This document shows positions 38,008-48,209 of a stretch of DNA of 64,000 nt, in pieces (position 1 is the first letter of the stretch; every line of letters begins with the position of its first letter). The DNA is from Anaerolineales bacterium (GTDB taxonomy: Bacteria; Chloroflexota; Anaerolineae; Aggregatilineales; J027). Both the position numbers and the translations under genes were made by a program. The stretch spans positions 1,337,306-1,401,305 of the forward strand of contig JACKCI010000001.1 of NCBI GenBank assembly GCA_020634155.1, written 5' to 3'. Below the pieces are notes generated by a model. The model was given only the letters and a program-made list of their open reading frames with translations, made no database searches and was not told where the DNA came from.

Positions 38008-38898
38008 CTACCCCTTCACGGCACCTGCCGTTAGCCCGCCGACAATCTGTCGCTGGAAGATCAACACCAAAACAATCAAAGGTATGGTAACAACCACCGT
38101 CGCCGCCATAATCTCAGCAACTGGGTCTTGGAATGCAACTTCGCCAGAGAATAACGCAATCGAAACTGGCACAGTATATGAGTCGGCGTTGGTCGCCGTG
38201 AAGGTCAAGGCAAAGAGATATTCATTCCACGCCGCAATAAAGGTCAACAACCCTGTTGTCACCAAGGCGGGCAGTGTCAAAGGCAGCAAAATGCGATAGA
38301 ACACCTGAAACGGTGAGGCCCCATCTACCAAAGCTGCCTGCTCAAGTTCACTCGGCAACCCCTTAAAGAAGGCCGTCAATACCCATACAGTAAATGGCAG
38401 AGTAAAGATGGGATAGGAAATCACCAAGGACATGACACTCCCTGTCAAGTCAAGCTCACGCACAATGCCATACAAGCCCGACAAAATCGAGATTTGCGGG
38501 AACATCGTCATCGCCAGCACCGCGTACATCATAAACACGCGACCACGAAACCGCACCCGCCCCAGCGCATAGGCCGCAAACGACCCAATGACCAGCGACA
38601 GCACCACTGAAATTGATGAGACAATCGTAGAGTTAAGCAAGGCATTCGTAAACTGCTCATTGTTAAAGACGGCCTCATAATTGCTAAAGGTCGGGTCGTC
38701 ATGAATGTACTTGGTGGGCAAGATAGCCTGCTGTTCGGTCTTAATGGACGTGTTGAACGCCCAGTAAAACGGGAACACTGTGTAGATGAAAATGCCACCC
38801 ACTAAGATATAAAAGGTGATTTTCCCGACAATATTCATCACGCGATCAACATTGTGTTTGTTGAGGACTGAATTCTGGGTTGGTTGATTTTCGCTCAT
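38008..38898 (-). CDS. Sugar ABC transporter permease (MalG/CUT1 type)
   Basis: Six TM helices and an EAA loop (LEQAALVDGASPFQVFYRILLP). 4-nt overlap with the upstream permease. Confidence 0.88.
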   Translation of the reverse strand: MSENQPTQNSVLNKHNVDRVMNIVGKITFYILVGGIFIYTVFPFYWAFNTSIKTEQQAILPTKYIHDDPTFSNYEAVFNNEQFTNALLNSTIVSSISVVLSLVIGSFAAYALGRVRFRGRVFMMYAVLAMTMFPQISILSGLYGIVRELDLTGSVMSLVISYPIFTLPFTVWVLTAFFKGLPSELEQAALVDGASPFQVFYRILLPLTLPALVTTGLLTFIAAWNEYLFALTFTATNADSYTVPVSIALFSGEVAFQDPVAEIMAATVVVTIPLIVLVLIFQRQIVGGLTAGAVKG

Positions 38899-40523
38899 TG
38901 GTCGGACTCGATTCCTAATATACGCATATAGATGGCCGTAAAGACGAAAATAAGCACAAAGATGACAACTCCAATGGCAGAGGCATAACCTGCATCACGG
39001 TTCGCAATCAGTTGCTCATAGTTGTATGTTGCCATTGACAGACGCTGCCGCCCCAACAGCACTTGGAACACATCGAACACCCGCAAGGCGTCCAAAGTAC
39101 GGAAGACCAGCGCCACTGCAATCGTCGGGCGCAGCAAGGGCAAGGTAATCGAGAAGAATTGCCGCATTTTTGATGCCCCATCGACATCGGCTGCCTCATA
39201 AATATCCTCCGGCAGTGTTTGCAACCCCGCAAGGATAAGCAGCGCCATAAAGGGGGCCGTCTTCCACACATCGACTGCAACAATCGACCCCAATTGTAAA
39301 TTGGCTTCCGTAAACCATGCCTTTGACTGCTCAATTAGGCCAATATCGAGGGCAAATTTGTTGATAATGCCAGAGCTATTATCCCGCATCATGGTTTGCC
39401 ACAGTCGCGCCGAGACCACCGTCGGAATGGCCCAAGGCACCAACATTGCGGCCCGCATCAACCCCCGTCCCTTAAAGCTCGAATTGACGACCATGGCAAT
39501 CATCAAGCCTAACGTCAATTCCAAGATGACAGAGATGACGGTAAACCGTAGCGTGTTAAATGTCGCTAACACAAAGTCATCGTCAGTACCGCTAATGGCA
39601 ACCCCGCGCCCGCCGCCAATACCAACGACATCGGCAGTACGGTAGCCCTCTTCCAACAAGTCACGGTCGATGAGTTCCCACCGCACCTTGCCTGTACGCT
39701 CATTAACTAGGCATTCGTTATTATCATCCTTGCGGCATTCCACAATATCGAAACGGAAGGTCAGCAGTTGCTTATAATTATCCAGCCCAATAAATTCAAC
39801 CTCTTGTTCACCTGTCGCAAAGCGCTTATTGGTAACGCTGGTGATAAACGTCTCTTCAAGGGGTCGAACTGCTACCACCATCAACAAAGCAACCGTTGGA
39901 ATAAGCAAGTTCCATGCTACCCGCGAGTTGGCTGAAGTAAGGGGTTCTTCACCAATAAACAGGGTATCGACAATAGAATTCATGCCAAACCACGTCAGAG
40001 CCAAGGGGATGACCATCAGAAAAAAGGTACTGGAACTCGCCAAAGCCGAAGCAAGCTGAAATCCGGTTTCACCCGCGACATCATCAGGTTGGCCTGAAAC
40101 CACAAAACGCACCACCCCAATCACTAATGAGCCAATTGTCATCCATGTCAGGGCCACCACTGTCCAGCGGGCAGCCGTAATGGTGCGGTGCCGCAAGAGG
40201 GTATAACCAAGTTTGGCAATCCCTAAGCCAATACCAATGGTGAAGATAGGGATTGAGATACCAAAGCCATCCAGATAGGCCAATACTACTGAGCCATCAC
40301 CATCTATTGCCGATTTGATGGCTTCATTCGTAAAAATAAAATAGAGCAACGTACCAATGGAACCAATGCCTAATAAAATCAAGAAGATCGCCGTTGCATA
40401 AATGAAATTTTGTTCTTGGGGGGTGGGGTCACGTCGCCCATATTGGTTGACAGGTCTAGGGGTACCCACAGTAACACACTCCTTTGGTTGACGAGATATA
40501 AGCTTAAGGGGAGTTAAAAGCAA
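38895..40523 (-). CDS. Sugar ABC transporter permease (MalF type) with about 200-aa extra N-terminal multi-TM extension
   Basis: EAA loop IYEAADVDGASKMRQFFSITLPLL. The extra hydrophobic N-terminal region is IFLILLGIGSIGTLLYF..., IPIFTIGIGLGIAKLGY... The exact start is uncertain. Confidence 0.8.
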   Translation of the reverse strand: MLLTPLKLISRQPKECVTVGTPRPVNQYGRRDPTPQEQNFIYATAIFLILLGIGSIGTLLYFIFTNEAIKSAIDGDGSVVLAYLDGFGISIPIFTIGIGLGIAKLGYTLLRHRTITAARWTVVALTWMTIGSLVIGVVRFVVSGQPDDVAGETGFQLASALASSSTFFLMVIPLALTWFGMNSIVDTLFIGEEPLTSANSRVAWNLLIPTVALLMVVAVRPLEETFITSVTNKRFATGEQEVEFIGLDNYKQLLTFRFDIVECRKDDNNECLVNERTGKVRWELIDRDLLEEGYRTADVVGIGGGRGVAISGTDDDFVLATFNTLRFTVISVILELTLGLMIAMVVNSSFKGRGLMRAAMLVPWAIPTVVSARLWQTMMRDNSSGIINKFALDIGLIEQSKAWFTEANLQLGSIVAVDVWKTAPFMALLILAGLQTLPEDIYEAADVDGASKMRQFFSITLPLLRPTIAVALVFRTLDALRVFDVFQVLLGRQRLSMATYNYEQLIANRDAGYASAIGVVIFVLIFVFTAIYMRILGIESDQ

Positions 40524-40551
40524 CTCCCCTCAAGTTTAGAACAATAGAGGC

Positions 40552-41868
40552 TTACTCACCCAAAAGTTCGGCGAGGTCTAGCTCAAGGAGCGTCATCGCG
40601 GTTTCAGCATCTTCGTCACCGCTCAACACACTGTGAACTGCCGTGAAGTACAGAGTCGAAACTTGATTGTATTGTGGTGCAGACACGGTTGAGGGACGCG
40701 CAACGGTGCTGACGAATACATCATAGAGGCTACCAAAGATGGGGGTAGCTTCGAGGACTTCGGCGTCTTGATAAACACTACCAATGGTGGGGTTGTAGGA
40801 ACCCACTATGGCGCGGTGTTTCTGTTGAGCTTCGCTGGTCATAAAGACCGCAACTGCCGCCGCAGCATCTGGATTAGAGCTGTACTTGGAAACAGCAATT
40901 TGCCAACCACCCAAGGTCGCTGCACCATGACCAGCCGCGCCAGAGGGCAACACGGTCGCGTCAAACAGACCCGCGATGGGGCTATCTTCGGCGCTGCCGA
41001 GGCTATAGGCATACGGCCAATTACGCATAAACGCAGCATTTCCTTGTTGGAAGACGTTACGGGCATCTTCTTCTTGGTAGCCAATGACACCGGGAGGGCT
41101 GATGGTGCCAACCCAGCCAGCGGCCATATCAAGCATCTCAATCCAAGCGGGGTCAGTAACTTCGATTTCGCCCGTCTCGGGGTTCACGATACGGGTATCA
41201 GAAGAACTCCATTGCCATTCAAGGGCATCGCAGGTCAAGCCTTCATAGGCATTACCTTGCCAAACATAACCCCAGAATTCAGCATTACCCTCAGCACGCT
41301 CACCCTCTTGGATAGCGGTCGCCATCTCGGTCAATTCTTCCCAAGTGGCGGGTGCGGCATCATAACCATATTTTTCCAATAGATCAGCGCGATAGTAGAG
41401 CAGGCCAGCATCCGTGTAGAAGGGAATACCAACCAAGTGACCATCAACCGTATTGTTTTCGATGATGGCGGGGAAATGGGCATCAATTTCTTCTTGGCTC
41501 ATGTAAGGGGCCAGATCGAGCAGGTGTTCAGCCAAGTCGCCGGGCCAAATCACGTCGAGCAACAGCACGTCGATGTCCGAGCTTTGGGCCTCAAAGAATT
41601 GCAAATACAGGCTGATACGATCGGTGGCGCTTTCGGGCAGGTCGAGGGGCTTGATGGTGATATTGGGGCAAGCTGCCTCAAATTCGGCATAGGCTTCTTC
41701 CATCAAGGTCTTTTGGGTACCAACGGTGTCGGTTCCGACAATCACGGTGACTTCTTCGTCAGTCCCGCAATTAATCATCATTTCACCACCGTCTTGGGCT
41801 TGTACCACTGGCACAAGGGCGATAATCAGCATCGCCGCAATCAAAAAGAGGGAAAGGCGTTTAAACAT
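40552..41868 (-). CDS. Extracellular sugar-binding protein (ABC CUT1 family SBP)
   Basis: Start re-set to MFKRLSLFLIAAMLIIALVPVVQA (signal/anchor), with a GAGGAG RBS. It is acidic and Trp/Tyr-rich, typical of SBP_bac_1. Confidence 0.85.
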   Translation of the reverse strand: MFKRLSLFLIAAMLIIALVPVVQAQDGGEMMINCGTDEEVTVIVGTDTVGTQKTLMEEAYAEFEAACPNITIKPLDLPESATDRISLYLQFFEAQSSDIDVLLLDVIWPGDLAEHLLDLAPYMSQEEIDAHFPAIIENNTVDGHLVGIPFYTDAGLLYYRADLLEKYGYDAAPATWEELTEMATAIQEGERAEGNAEFWGYVWQGNAYEGLTCDALEWQWSSSDTRIVNPETGEIEVTDPAWIEMLDMAAGWVGTISPPGVIGYQEEDARNVFQQGNAAFMRNWPYAYSLGSAEDSPIAGLFDATVLPSGAAGHGAATLGGWQIAVSKYSSNPDAAAAVAVFMTSEAQQKHRAIVGSYNPTIGSVYQDAEVLEATPIFGSLYDVFVSTVARPSTVSAPQYNQVSTLYFTAVHSVLSGDEDAETAMTLLELDLAELLGE

Positions 41869-42040
41869 CTTCTTGGACTCCTCAAAAGGGTTAATCGGAT
41901 GAGATTGCATTCAGGCTGGGGGTACTCACCCAACCTTTTATTTGTAAGGCCAAGCGATTTTGACCTTACACCTTATTAGAGTATGAACTTTGAAACTTAG
42001 CATCTGGCAAGTGGATAAATCTCATTAGACCATCGTCTAA

Positions 42041-45000
42041 TTAATTACCCTCATTACTTCTATGTGTCAGGTGCATAATCGTATCAAAACGATACTGCTT
42101 AACGAGGTCAGCCAACGCACTGGCAAGGGTGGGGTTAAGGGAAGCAATCTGCTCAATCCACCGCAGCGATTCGCCACTTTGGGCGGTCATTGCAATTTTA
42201 TATAAGCCATCTATCCACTCTAGCGGCAAGTCTTCTAAATCCGTTGGTGTTAAGTGTATATCTGGCTCCGCTTGGATATCTTCCATGGACTGATAAACGA
42301 ACCTTACCTGCAAATGGGTATGAATCTTGTCAAATAGCTGCGATTCTTGAAACGGCTTACTGACATAATCATCACACCCAACCGCTAGAATCTCTGATAA
42401 TTCATGTTCAAAAGCACTGGATGTCACCGCAATAATCTTAATTTGAGGGTACGAGCGCTTGATAATGCGCGTTGCCTCATAGCCATCCATCACAGGCATC
42501 CGCATATCCATCAAAATCAAGTCTGGTTGCCATGTTGCCAATAACTTCAGCGCATCTTGACCATGGATAGCGGCCTGAAGGATAAAGCCCACGGGTGTTA
42601 ACAACTCTTGGAGAAGTTTGCGGCTCTCCCACTTATCTTCCACAATCATAATCTTGGGCGCAGGCTGTCCCGCTGCCAACCCCACAACTCGTCGTTGCGG
42701 AGTCTTCGGCGGAATCTGGGCAATATTCAGCACCCGCACACGAATATCAACCCGAAACGTTGCCCCCTTCCCTATAATACTTTGAACGCCAATCTGTCCC
42801 CCCATCAAATGGACATACTCGCGGCTAATTGCCAGCCCTAACCCAGCCCCCTCACGCAGTTGCTGTCCGCTCATCGTTTGAGAAAAAGGTTGAAAAATTC
42901 TATCCATATCAGTGGTCGCAATCCCCGGCCCTGTATCCTTGACCTCAAAGCGGATATACTCATCACCGTGGGGTTGAATCATGAAGGTAATTTCACCTTG
43001 TTTAGTAAATTTAATGGCATTACCGATTAAGTTGATAATCACCTGTCGGAGTTTGCGCTCGTCAGCTTCGACATAGCGTGGCAACTGCGGCGCACGCACA
43101 ACCTTAAATTGCAACCCTTTGGCCTCAGCCCGTGCGCGTAGGGTCTGCTCAAGGTGATACAGCATCGTATACAAATCAAAGCTATTCAGATTCAGCGAAA
43201 CCCGCCCCGCCTCAATCTTGGACATCTCCAAAACATCATTAATGAGTTGTAATAGATGTTCGCTGTTGTTGGTGATAATATCGAGTTTCTCGCGTTGATC
43301 AGCAGTGATGGTGGAATCACGATTCAGCAACTGCGTAAACCCTAATATGGCATTGAGGGGGGTCCGCAATTCATGGCTCATATTCGCCAAGAATACACTC
43401 TTAGCCGCGCTCGACATCTCAGCAGCCCGCTTGGACGCTTGAGCATTGGCGAATAACTGGGCATTACGAACCGCAATCGTCAATTGCTCGGCAAGGGTCT
43501 TAAACACCCGCATCGCATCATCGTCAAAGTGTGAGAGTTCACGGGCCTGCAAGCTTAGTACCCCTAGAAGATGCCGCCCAAGGAGCATCGGAATCGCCAA
43601 CTCATGGCCTACCTCCGTAAAATCAACCACACTTTCTAGCACCGCCTCACGGGTTTGCGCGGCCCGTTTTGCTACCGAGCGAGGATTACTTAACTCTATC
43701 TCTAATGGGCCATCCTGTGCATTGGCGCTTGCCCGAATCGCTAATTTGCCATCCCCATCAATGAGGTAAATCGACACCGCGTGTAAATCGAAAGCCTGTG
43801 CGGTTGCCAACACCAAGCGCTGTAACAAGGTATCAATATCCAGAATCGTCGTAATCTGCTTGGATACTTCAGCCGCCAATTGCAAATCACGGGTACGGGC
43901 ATTGACCCGCTCCTCTAGATGATCAACCAATACACCCATCTGCTGGGCCATACTGTTAAATGAGCGGGCCAGCACGCCAATCTCATCTTTGCGGTTGTTA
44001 TGCACCCGTTGACTCAAATCCCCTTCAGCAATAAGGGTACTGATGCGCGTCAATTCAACCACAGGACGGCTGACACTCCGCGCAAAATAGAAAGCAATCG
44101 CTATTGCCAACGTCCCCACCAACACAAAAGCAAGCGCCAAGGTTGCCTCCTGTTGGCGCACAGGCGACAAAATCGCATCGGTGGGCCGTATCGAAAACAC
44201 CCCCCAATGAAAATCAGCTTGTCCCGGGGGGATAATAGTCTGGAATACGGCTAAATCCTCACCTATCTCTAGGGTGCCGTGTTCGTGTTGGGTCAATGCT
44301 TGTGCCAGCGTAGGATAATCATTGTTGAGGTTATAGTCTTGGCCTAACTCGGCCCCAAAGCGGTAGGTTGGGTCTGGATGTGAAAGATAATAACCGTCCT
44401 GATCAACCAAAAACGCAGTGGTCTTAGTCGGCAAATTGGCGCTAACCAAATCCAAAAAGCCTTCTGCACGAACATCAGTGACCAGCACCCCTAGTAACTC
44501 ATCCCCTATATATATCGGGGTGCTATAGTGCATGACTGGATTATGGGGTTCTTGGATACGTCCGTATTCTTTGACCAGCGAAACCGAGGACACATAGAGT
44601 TCATCTTGAGTCAAATCAAGCGCTCTTGCAAAATAATCTTCGCTACGGCGGAAGTTGTAGGTGGTTACAATCGTAGCTTGCCCGTTAACATTATCCACCC
44701 GCACCAGTTCAAAGCCCTCAGTGTCAAGAAACCGCACCCGTTCATAAATAGAAGCATTGCTAAAGTTGCGGTTTTCCATGAGGTTCTCAAACTCGGCTTC
44801 TAAAACTTGACGCGACTGCTGCAACCCTATCCAATCTTTATCATGAATGTCTGTTGCCACATAATGCATCGCAGTCGAATGGCTTACCAGCAAAATATCC
44901 TCAGCAAGGGTGCCAAGAAAACGGTTGATGTCGCTCACGGTATCTTGGAGCCGCGCTTGTTCATCTTCAATTTGCTGGTGGCGGAGAATGGTACCCGTTA

Positions 45001-45139
45001 AACTGATGTTGATAAAGCTTGTAATCAACAATGGCACTAAACTGATGACAAGAAAAATCAGTAGAAGCTTCAACCATAGATTAAACCGTACTTCGTCTTG
45101 TACCATAGCGCTTAACTTTTTTATTATTTTACCATGCAA
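42041..45139 (-). CDS. Hybrid sensor histidine kinase (TM + Cache-like sensor + HAMP + GAF + HisKA/HATPase + receiver + C-terminal extension)
   Basis: H-box SHELRTPLNAILGF, N-box NLIGNAIKFT, G-boxes KDTGPGI and GAGLGLAIS, receiver motifs IMIVEDK and LILMDMRMPVMDG. A second TM is followed by a HAMP-like segment (SRPVVELTRISTLIAEGDLSQRV). The start may instead be ATG 45106. Confidence 0.88.
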   Translation of the reverse strand: MHGKIIKKLSAMVQDEVRFNLWLKLLLIFLVISLVPLLITSFINISLTGTILRHQQIEDEQARLQDTVSDINRFLGTLAEDILLVSHSTAMHYVATDIHDKDWIGLQQSRQVLEAEFENLMENRNFSNASIYERVRFLDTEGFELVRVDNVNGQATIVTTYNFRRSEDYFARALDLTQDELYVSSVSLVKEYGRIQEPHNPVMHYSTPIYIGDELLGVLVTDVRAEGFLDLVSANLPTKTTAFLVDQDGYYLSHPDPTYRFGAELGQDYNLNNDYPTLAQALTQHEHGTLEIGEDLAVFQTIIPPGQADFHWGVFSIRPTDAILSPVRQQEATLALAFVLVGTLAIAIAFYFARSVSRPVVELTRISTLIAEGDLSQRVHNNRKDEIGVLARSFNSMAQQMGVLVDHLEERVNARTRDLQLAAEVSKQITTILDIDTLLQRLVLATAQAFDLHAVSIYLIDGDGKLAIRASANAQDGPLEIELSNPRSVAKRAAQTREAVLESVVDFTEVGHELAIPMLLGRHLLGVLSLQARELSHFDDDAMRVFKTLAEQLTIAVRNAQLFANAQASKRAAEMSSAAKSVFLANMSHELRTPLNAILGFTQLLNRDSTITADQREKLDIITNNSEHLLQLINDVLEMSKIEAGRVSLNLNSFDLYTMLYHLEQTLRARAEAKGLQFKVVRAPQLPRYVEADERKLRQVIINLIGNAIKFTKQGEITFMIQPHGDEYIRFEVKDTGPGIATTDMDRIFQPFSQTMSGQQLREGAGLGLAISREYVHLMGGQIGVQSIIGKGATFRVDIRVRVLNIAQIPPKTPQRRVVGLAAGQPAPKIMIVEDKWESRKLLQELLTPVGFILQAAIHGQDALKLLATWQPDLILMDMRMPVMDGYEATRIIKRSYPQIKIIAVTSSAFEHELSEILAVGCDDYVSKPFQESQLFDKIHTHLQVRFVYQSMEDIQAEPDIHLTPTDLEDLPLEWIDGLYKIAMTAQSGESLRWIEQIASLNPTLASALADLVKQYRFDTIMHLTHRSNEGN

Positions 45140-45218
45140 TGCTGCGATGACTTTTGGCGTATATTCTATCTAGACTTACGATTGATTGATGTTGAACGAA
45201 TTTTGAGAATCAACCATC

Positions 45219-46271
45219 ATGCTTAAGGGCTTCTGTTTTTTCCTATTACTTGGGTTAACCGTTGTTTCTTTTGCTCAGGCACAAGGACCATCTCCTTATC
45301 CCCCGCTCACTACCTGCCCGCTTAATGACCAAACACTGACCATCGCTTGGATTCCCAAAGCCTTAAACAACCCCATTTTTGAGCCGGGGCGGGTTGGAGC
45401 CGAGACCCGCGCCGAAGAATTGACCGAGCAAGGCCCCTGCGCTGTTGAGGTCTTCTATGTCGCCCCCCTCAACACCGACGCCCAAGCCCAAGTCGATATT
45501 ATGCAAGCGTTGATAGATTTACGATATTTCGATGCCATTGCAGTCTCCTGCATTGACCCCGGCCAGTGCCTTGACCCTATCAATAAAGCCGTTGCCGCAG
45601 GTATCCCCGTCATCACATGGGACTCCGACTCTCCCACCAGCAATCGCCTCACCTATCTCGGCATCAACAACTATGCAGGGGGGCAAGCAGCGGCGGATTT
45701 ACTGGTGCGGATTATGGGCGAGCAAGGCAAGGTGGCCCTCTTGAGCGGTGTTCCCGGTTCCCTCAACCTCGAAGATCGTATCCAAGGCTTCCGCGATGAA
45801 ATTAGCCGCTACCCCTCTATTGAAATCGTCGTAACCGTCTACAGTAATGACCTCGCCACCACGGGCGTTGATGTTGTTGAGGCCGTCATGCAAGACTATC
45901 CCGACCTCAATGGCTGGTTCTTTGTGGGTATGTGGCCGCTATTCGTCGGGCGTGGAGCCATGCCACGTTGGGAAGCCGCCAGCCAACGGGGTGACCTCGT
46001 AACGGTTGCCTTCGACACCCTCCCACTCGAACTTGAGCTCATGCAAGACGGTTATCTGCATGGACTTATCGGGCAAAAATACTGGGGGTGGGGCTACGAT
46101 ACAGTGTCGATGCTCTATGAGCATATTTTATATGGGCGCGAGTTTGAAGACTTCACTGATTCCGGCATGGATATTGTGACCCCACTCAATGTTGAGACCA
46201 TGATAGAGGCGTGGGAGCATATCGACTTCAGCCGACCGCTCCCCTCCGCCTTTGACGAAGACAATAACTAA
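45219..46271 (+). CDS. Periplasmic-binding-protein type I (ribose/sugar-binding-like) exported protein
   Basis: Signal peptide [21 protein letters not shown]. Motifs [24 protein letters not shown] and [20 protein letters not shown]. It is divergent from the hybrid kinase gene. Confidence 0.8.
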   Translation: MLKGFCFFLLLGLTVVSFAQAQGPSPYPPLTTCPLNDQTLTIAWIPKALNNPIFEPGRVGAETRAEELTEQGPCAVEVFYVAPLNTDAQAQVDIMQALIDLRYFDAIAVSCIDPGQCLDPINKAVAAGIPVITWDSDSPTSNRLTYLGINNYAGGQAAADLLVRIMGEQGKVALLSGVPGSLNLEDRIQGFRDEISRYPSIEIVVTVYSNDLATTGVDVVEAVMQDYPDLNGWFFVGMWPLFVGRGAMPRWEAASQRGDLVTVAFDTLPLELELMQDGYLHGLIGQKYWGWGYDTVSMLYEHILYGREFEDFTDSGMDIVTPLNVETMIEAWEHIDFSRPLPSAFDEDNN

Positions 46272-47332
46272 GCTTTAAAGACAAGGCTGGCAGCTTCGCG
46301 CTCAATGACTGCGCCAATCTGCCACCACAGGCTATCCTGCCTTGCCATCTCTGCACGAAACACGGACAATTGGTCGGGTGCTACCGCTATGAGTAAGCCT
46401 CCGCTGGTCTGGGTGTCAAAAACCAGCATCTTCATTTCATCGGTGGGGCTACCCTCATAGCGCACGCTTTTCTCAAACGCCAGTTTATTATCAGAGGTAC
46501 CACCGGGGAAAATCCACTGTTCGCCATAGACCTTGGCACCCGTTAAGAAGGGCAAGCGTTCCATCTCAATGAGGAACGTCACTTGGCTGGCATCGGCCAT
46601 CTCAAGGGCATGCCCCGGCAGGCCAAAGCCAGTGACATCCGTCGCCGCTTTCGCCTGTGCTTTGAGGGCAGCTTGCGCTGCGGCACGATTAAGTCGCATC
46701 ATCGAAGCGACAGCTTCCTCAACATACACCGCCTCGGCCTTGTCATTCTTGGCAGCAGTTGTAATCGTGCCAGTGCCGAGCGGCTTGGTCAGAATCAGCA
46801 CATCACCGACACGCGCTCCAGTTTTTGTCATCAATCTGTCAGGGTGGGCCATTCCAATCACCGCCAAGCCAACCTTGGGTTCCTTGTCTTGGATGGTATG
46901 ACCGCCCGCGATAACTGCCCCTGCCTCAAACACCTTATCAGCCAACCCGCGCATGATTTCGGTACTCATCTCAAGCGGCAGATTCGGCGGAAGGGCAGCG
47001 ATATTCAACGCGAGTACAGGCGTGCCACCCATCGCGTAGACATCGCTTAGGGCGTTGGCGGCTGCAATCGCGCCATAGTGGTAGGGGTCGTCAACAATCG
47101 GCGTGAAGAAGTCAGTGGTGACCACAAGCGCCCGTTCATCGTCCAATCGATAAACAGCAGCATCATCCGGTGTGCCTAACCCTACCAGCAAATCAGGATA
47201 TTCGGTTGCATAAAAACGTTCTTGTACGGGACGCACAACTTGCGCCAAGGCCTCAGCGGCCAGTTTAGACGCTCACCCCGCACAAGAAGACAATGCCGTC
47301 AAACGGATGATTTCTTGCTTGCTCACATTCAT
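46268..47332 (-). CDS. selD: Selenide, water dikinase SelD with in-frame UGA (selenocysteine) at 47275-47273
   Basis: Track ORF 46268-47248 lacks the SelD N-terminus. Reading on through TGA gives [33 protein letters not shown]... The UGA aligns with the catalytic Cys17 of E. coli SelD (LTQYSHGAGCGCKISPKVL, from memory). An AGGAG lies just upstream, so the start is ATG 47332 or GTG 47326. Downstream motifs are [18 protein letters not shown] and SDVYAMGG. Confidence 0.8.
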
Positions 47333-47519
47333 CTCCTGTTTAGATTGCGTGCATGGAGTACGACAATTCACCAATAAGTCCATCTAGTTTGACACGCCCC
47401 GCCCCATCTGACAACACCCTGTTAGGCGGTTGGCCCGCTGATAAAACCTATACAGCCCCGCCCATCCTTCGTACAATAAAGCCGTCAGCAAGACACTAGT
47501 GAGATGGGAGCCTGTGCCA

Positions 47520-48209
47520 ATGACCCATAAAATTTTAATCGCCGATGACGAGCAACATATTCTAGATTCCGTCACTGCCTATTTTGAAGAAAGCGGCTTT
47601 GTCGTCCTCACCGCCAGCAATGGACGCGAGGCCCTCTATACCTTCCGCCATGAGCAGCCCGACTTGATTATCCTTGACGTGATGATGCCGGAGATGGATG
47701 GCTTGACCGCCGCCCAACTCATTCGCAAGGAGAGCGCCGTACCCCTCTTTTTCCTGACAGCACGGGTTGATGACATAGACCGTGTGGCGGGCCTTGAAAT
47801 CGGGGCCGATGAGTACATCACCAAGCCCTTCAGCCCGCGTGTTTTAGTCGCCCAAGCACGGGCCATGCTGCGGCGTGTTCATGGCGAATTAGCCGCCCAA
47901 CCGACCATCTACCGCGTCGGCGACCTCGAACTCAACGCCGATACCCACACCTTTACCCAAGCAGGCCAGCGTATCGAACTCACACCCATTGAGTTTGACC
48001 TCCTCGCGGCGTTGATGGCCCGTCCGGGGCGCGTCTTCACCCGTCTAGAATTACTCGACCATGTGCGCGATCAAGCTTATGCTGCCTATGAACGGGCTAT
48101 TGATGTCCACATCAAAAATCTCCGCGCCAAGATTGAGGCCGACTCACGCAACCCTCAATACATCGAAACCGTCTACGGCATTGGCTATCGGATGCGGGAG
48201 TCAGTATGA
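47520..48209 (+). CDS. OmpR/PhoB-family response regulator
   Basis: Receiver motifs KILIADDE and LIILDVMMPEMDG. The winged helix is LTPIEFDLLAALMARPGRVFTR...YIETVYGIGYRM. Start re-set to MTHKIL. Confidence 0.9.
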   Translation: MTHKILIADDEQHILDSVTAYFEESGFVVLTASNGREALYTFRHEQPDLIILDVMMPEMDGLTAAQLIRKESAVPLFFLTARVDDIDRVAGLEIGADEYITKPFSPRVLVAQARAMLRRVHGELAAQPTIYRVGDLELNADTHTFTQAGQRIELTPIEFDLLAALMARPGRVFTRLELLDHVRDQAYAAYERAIDVHIKNLRAKIEADSRNPQYIETVYGIGYRMRESV

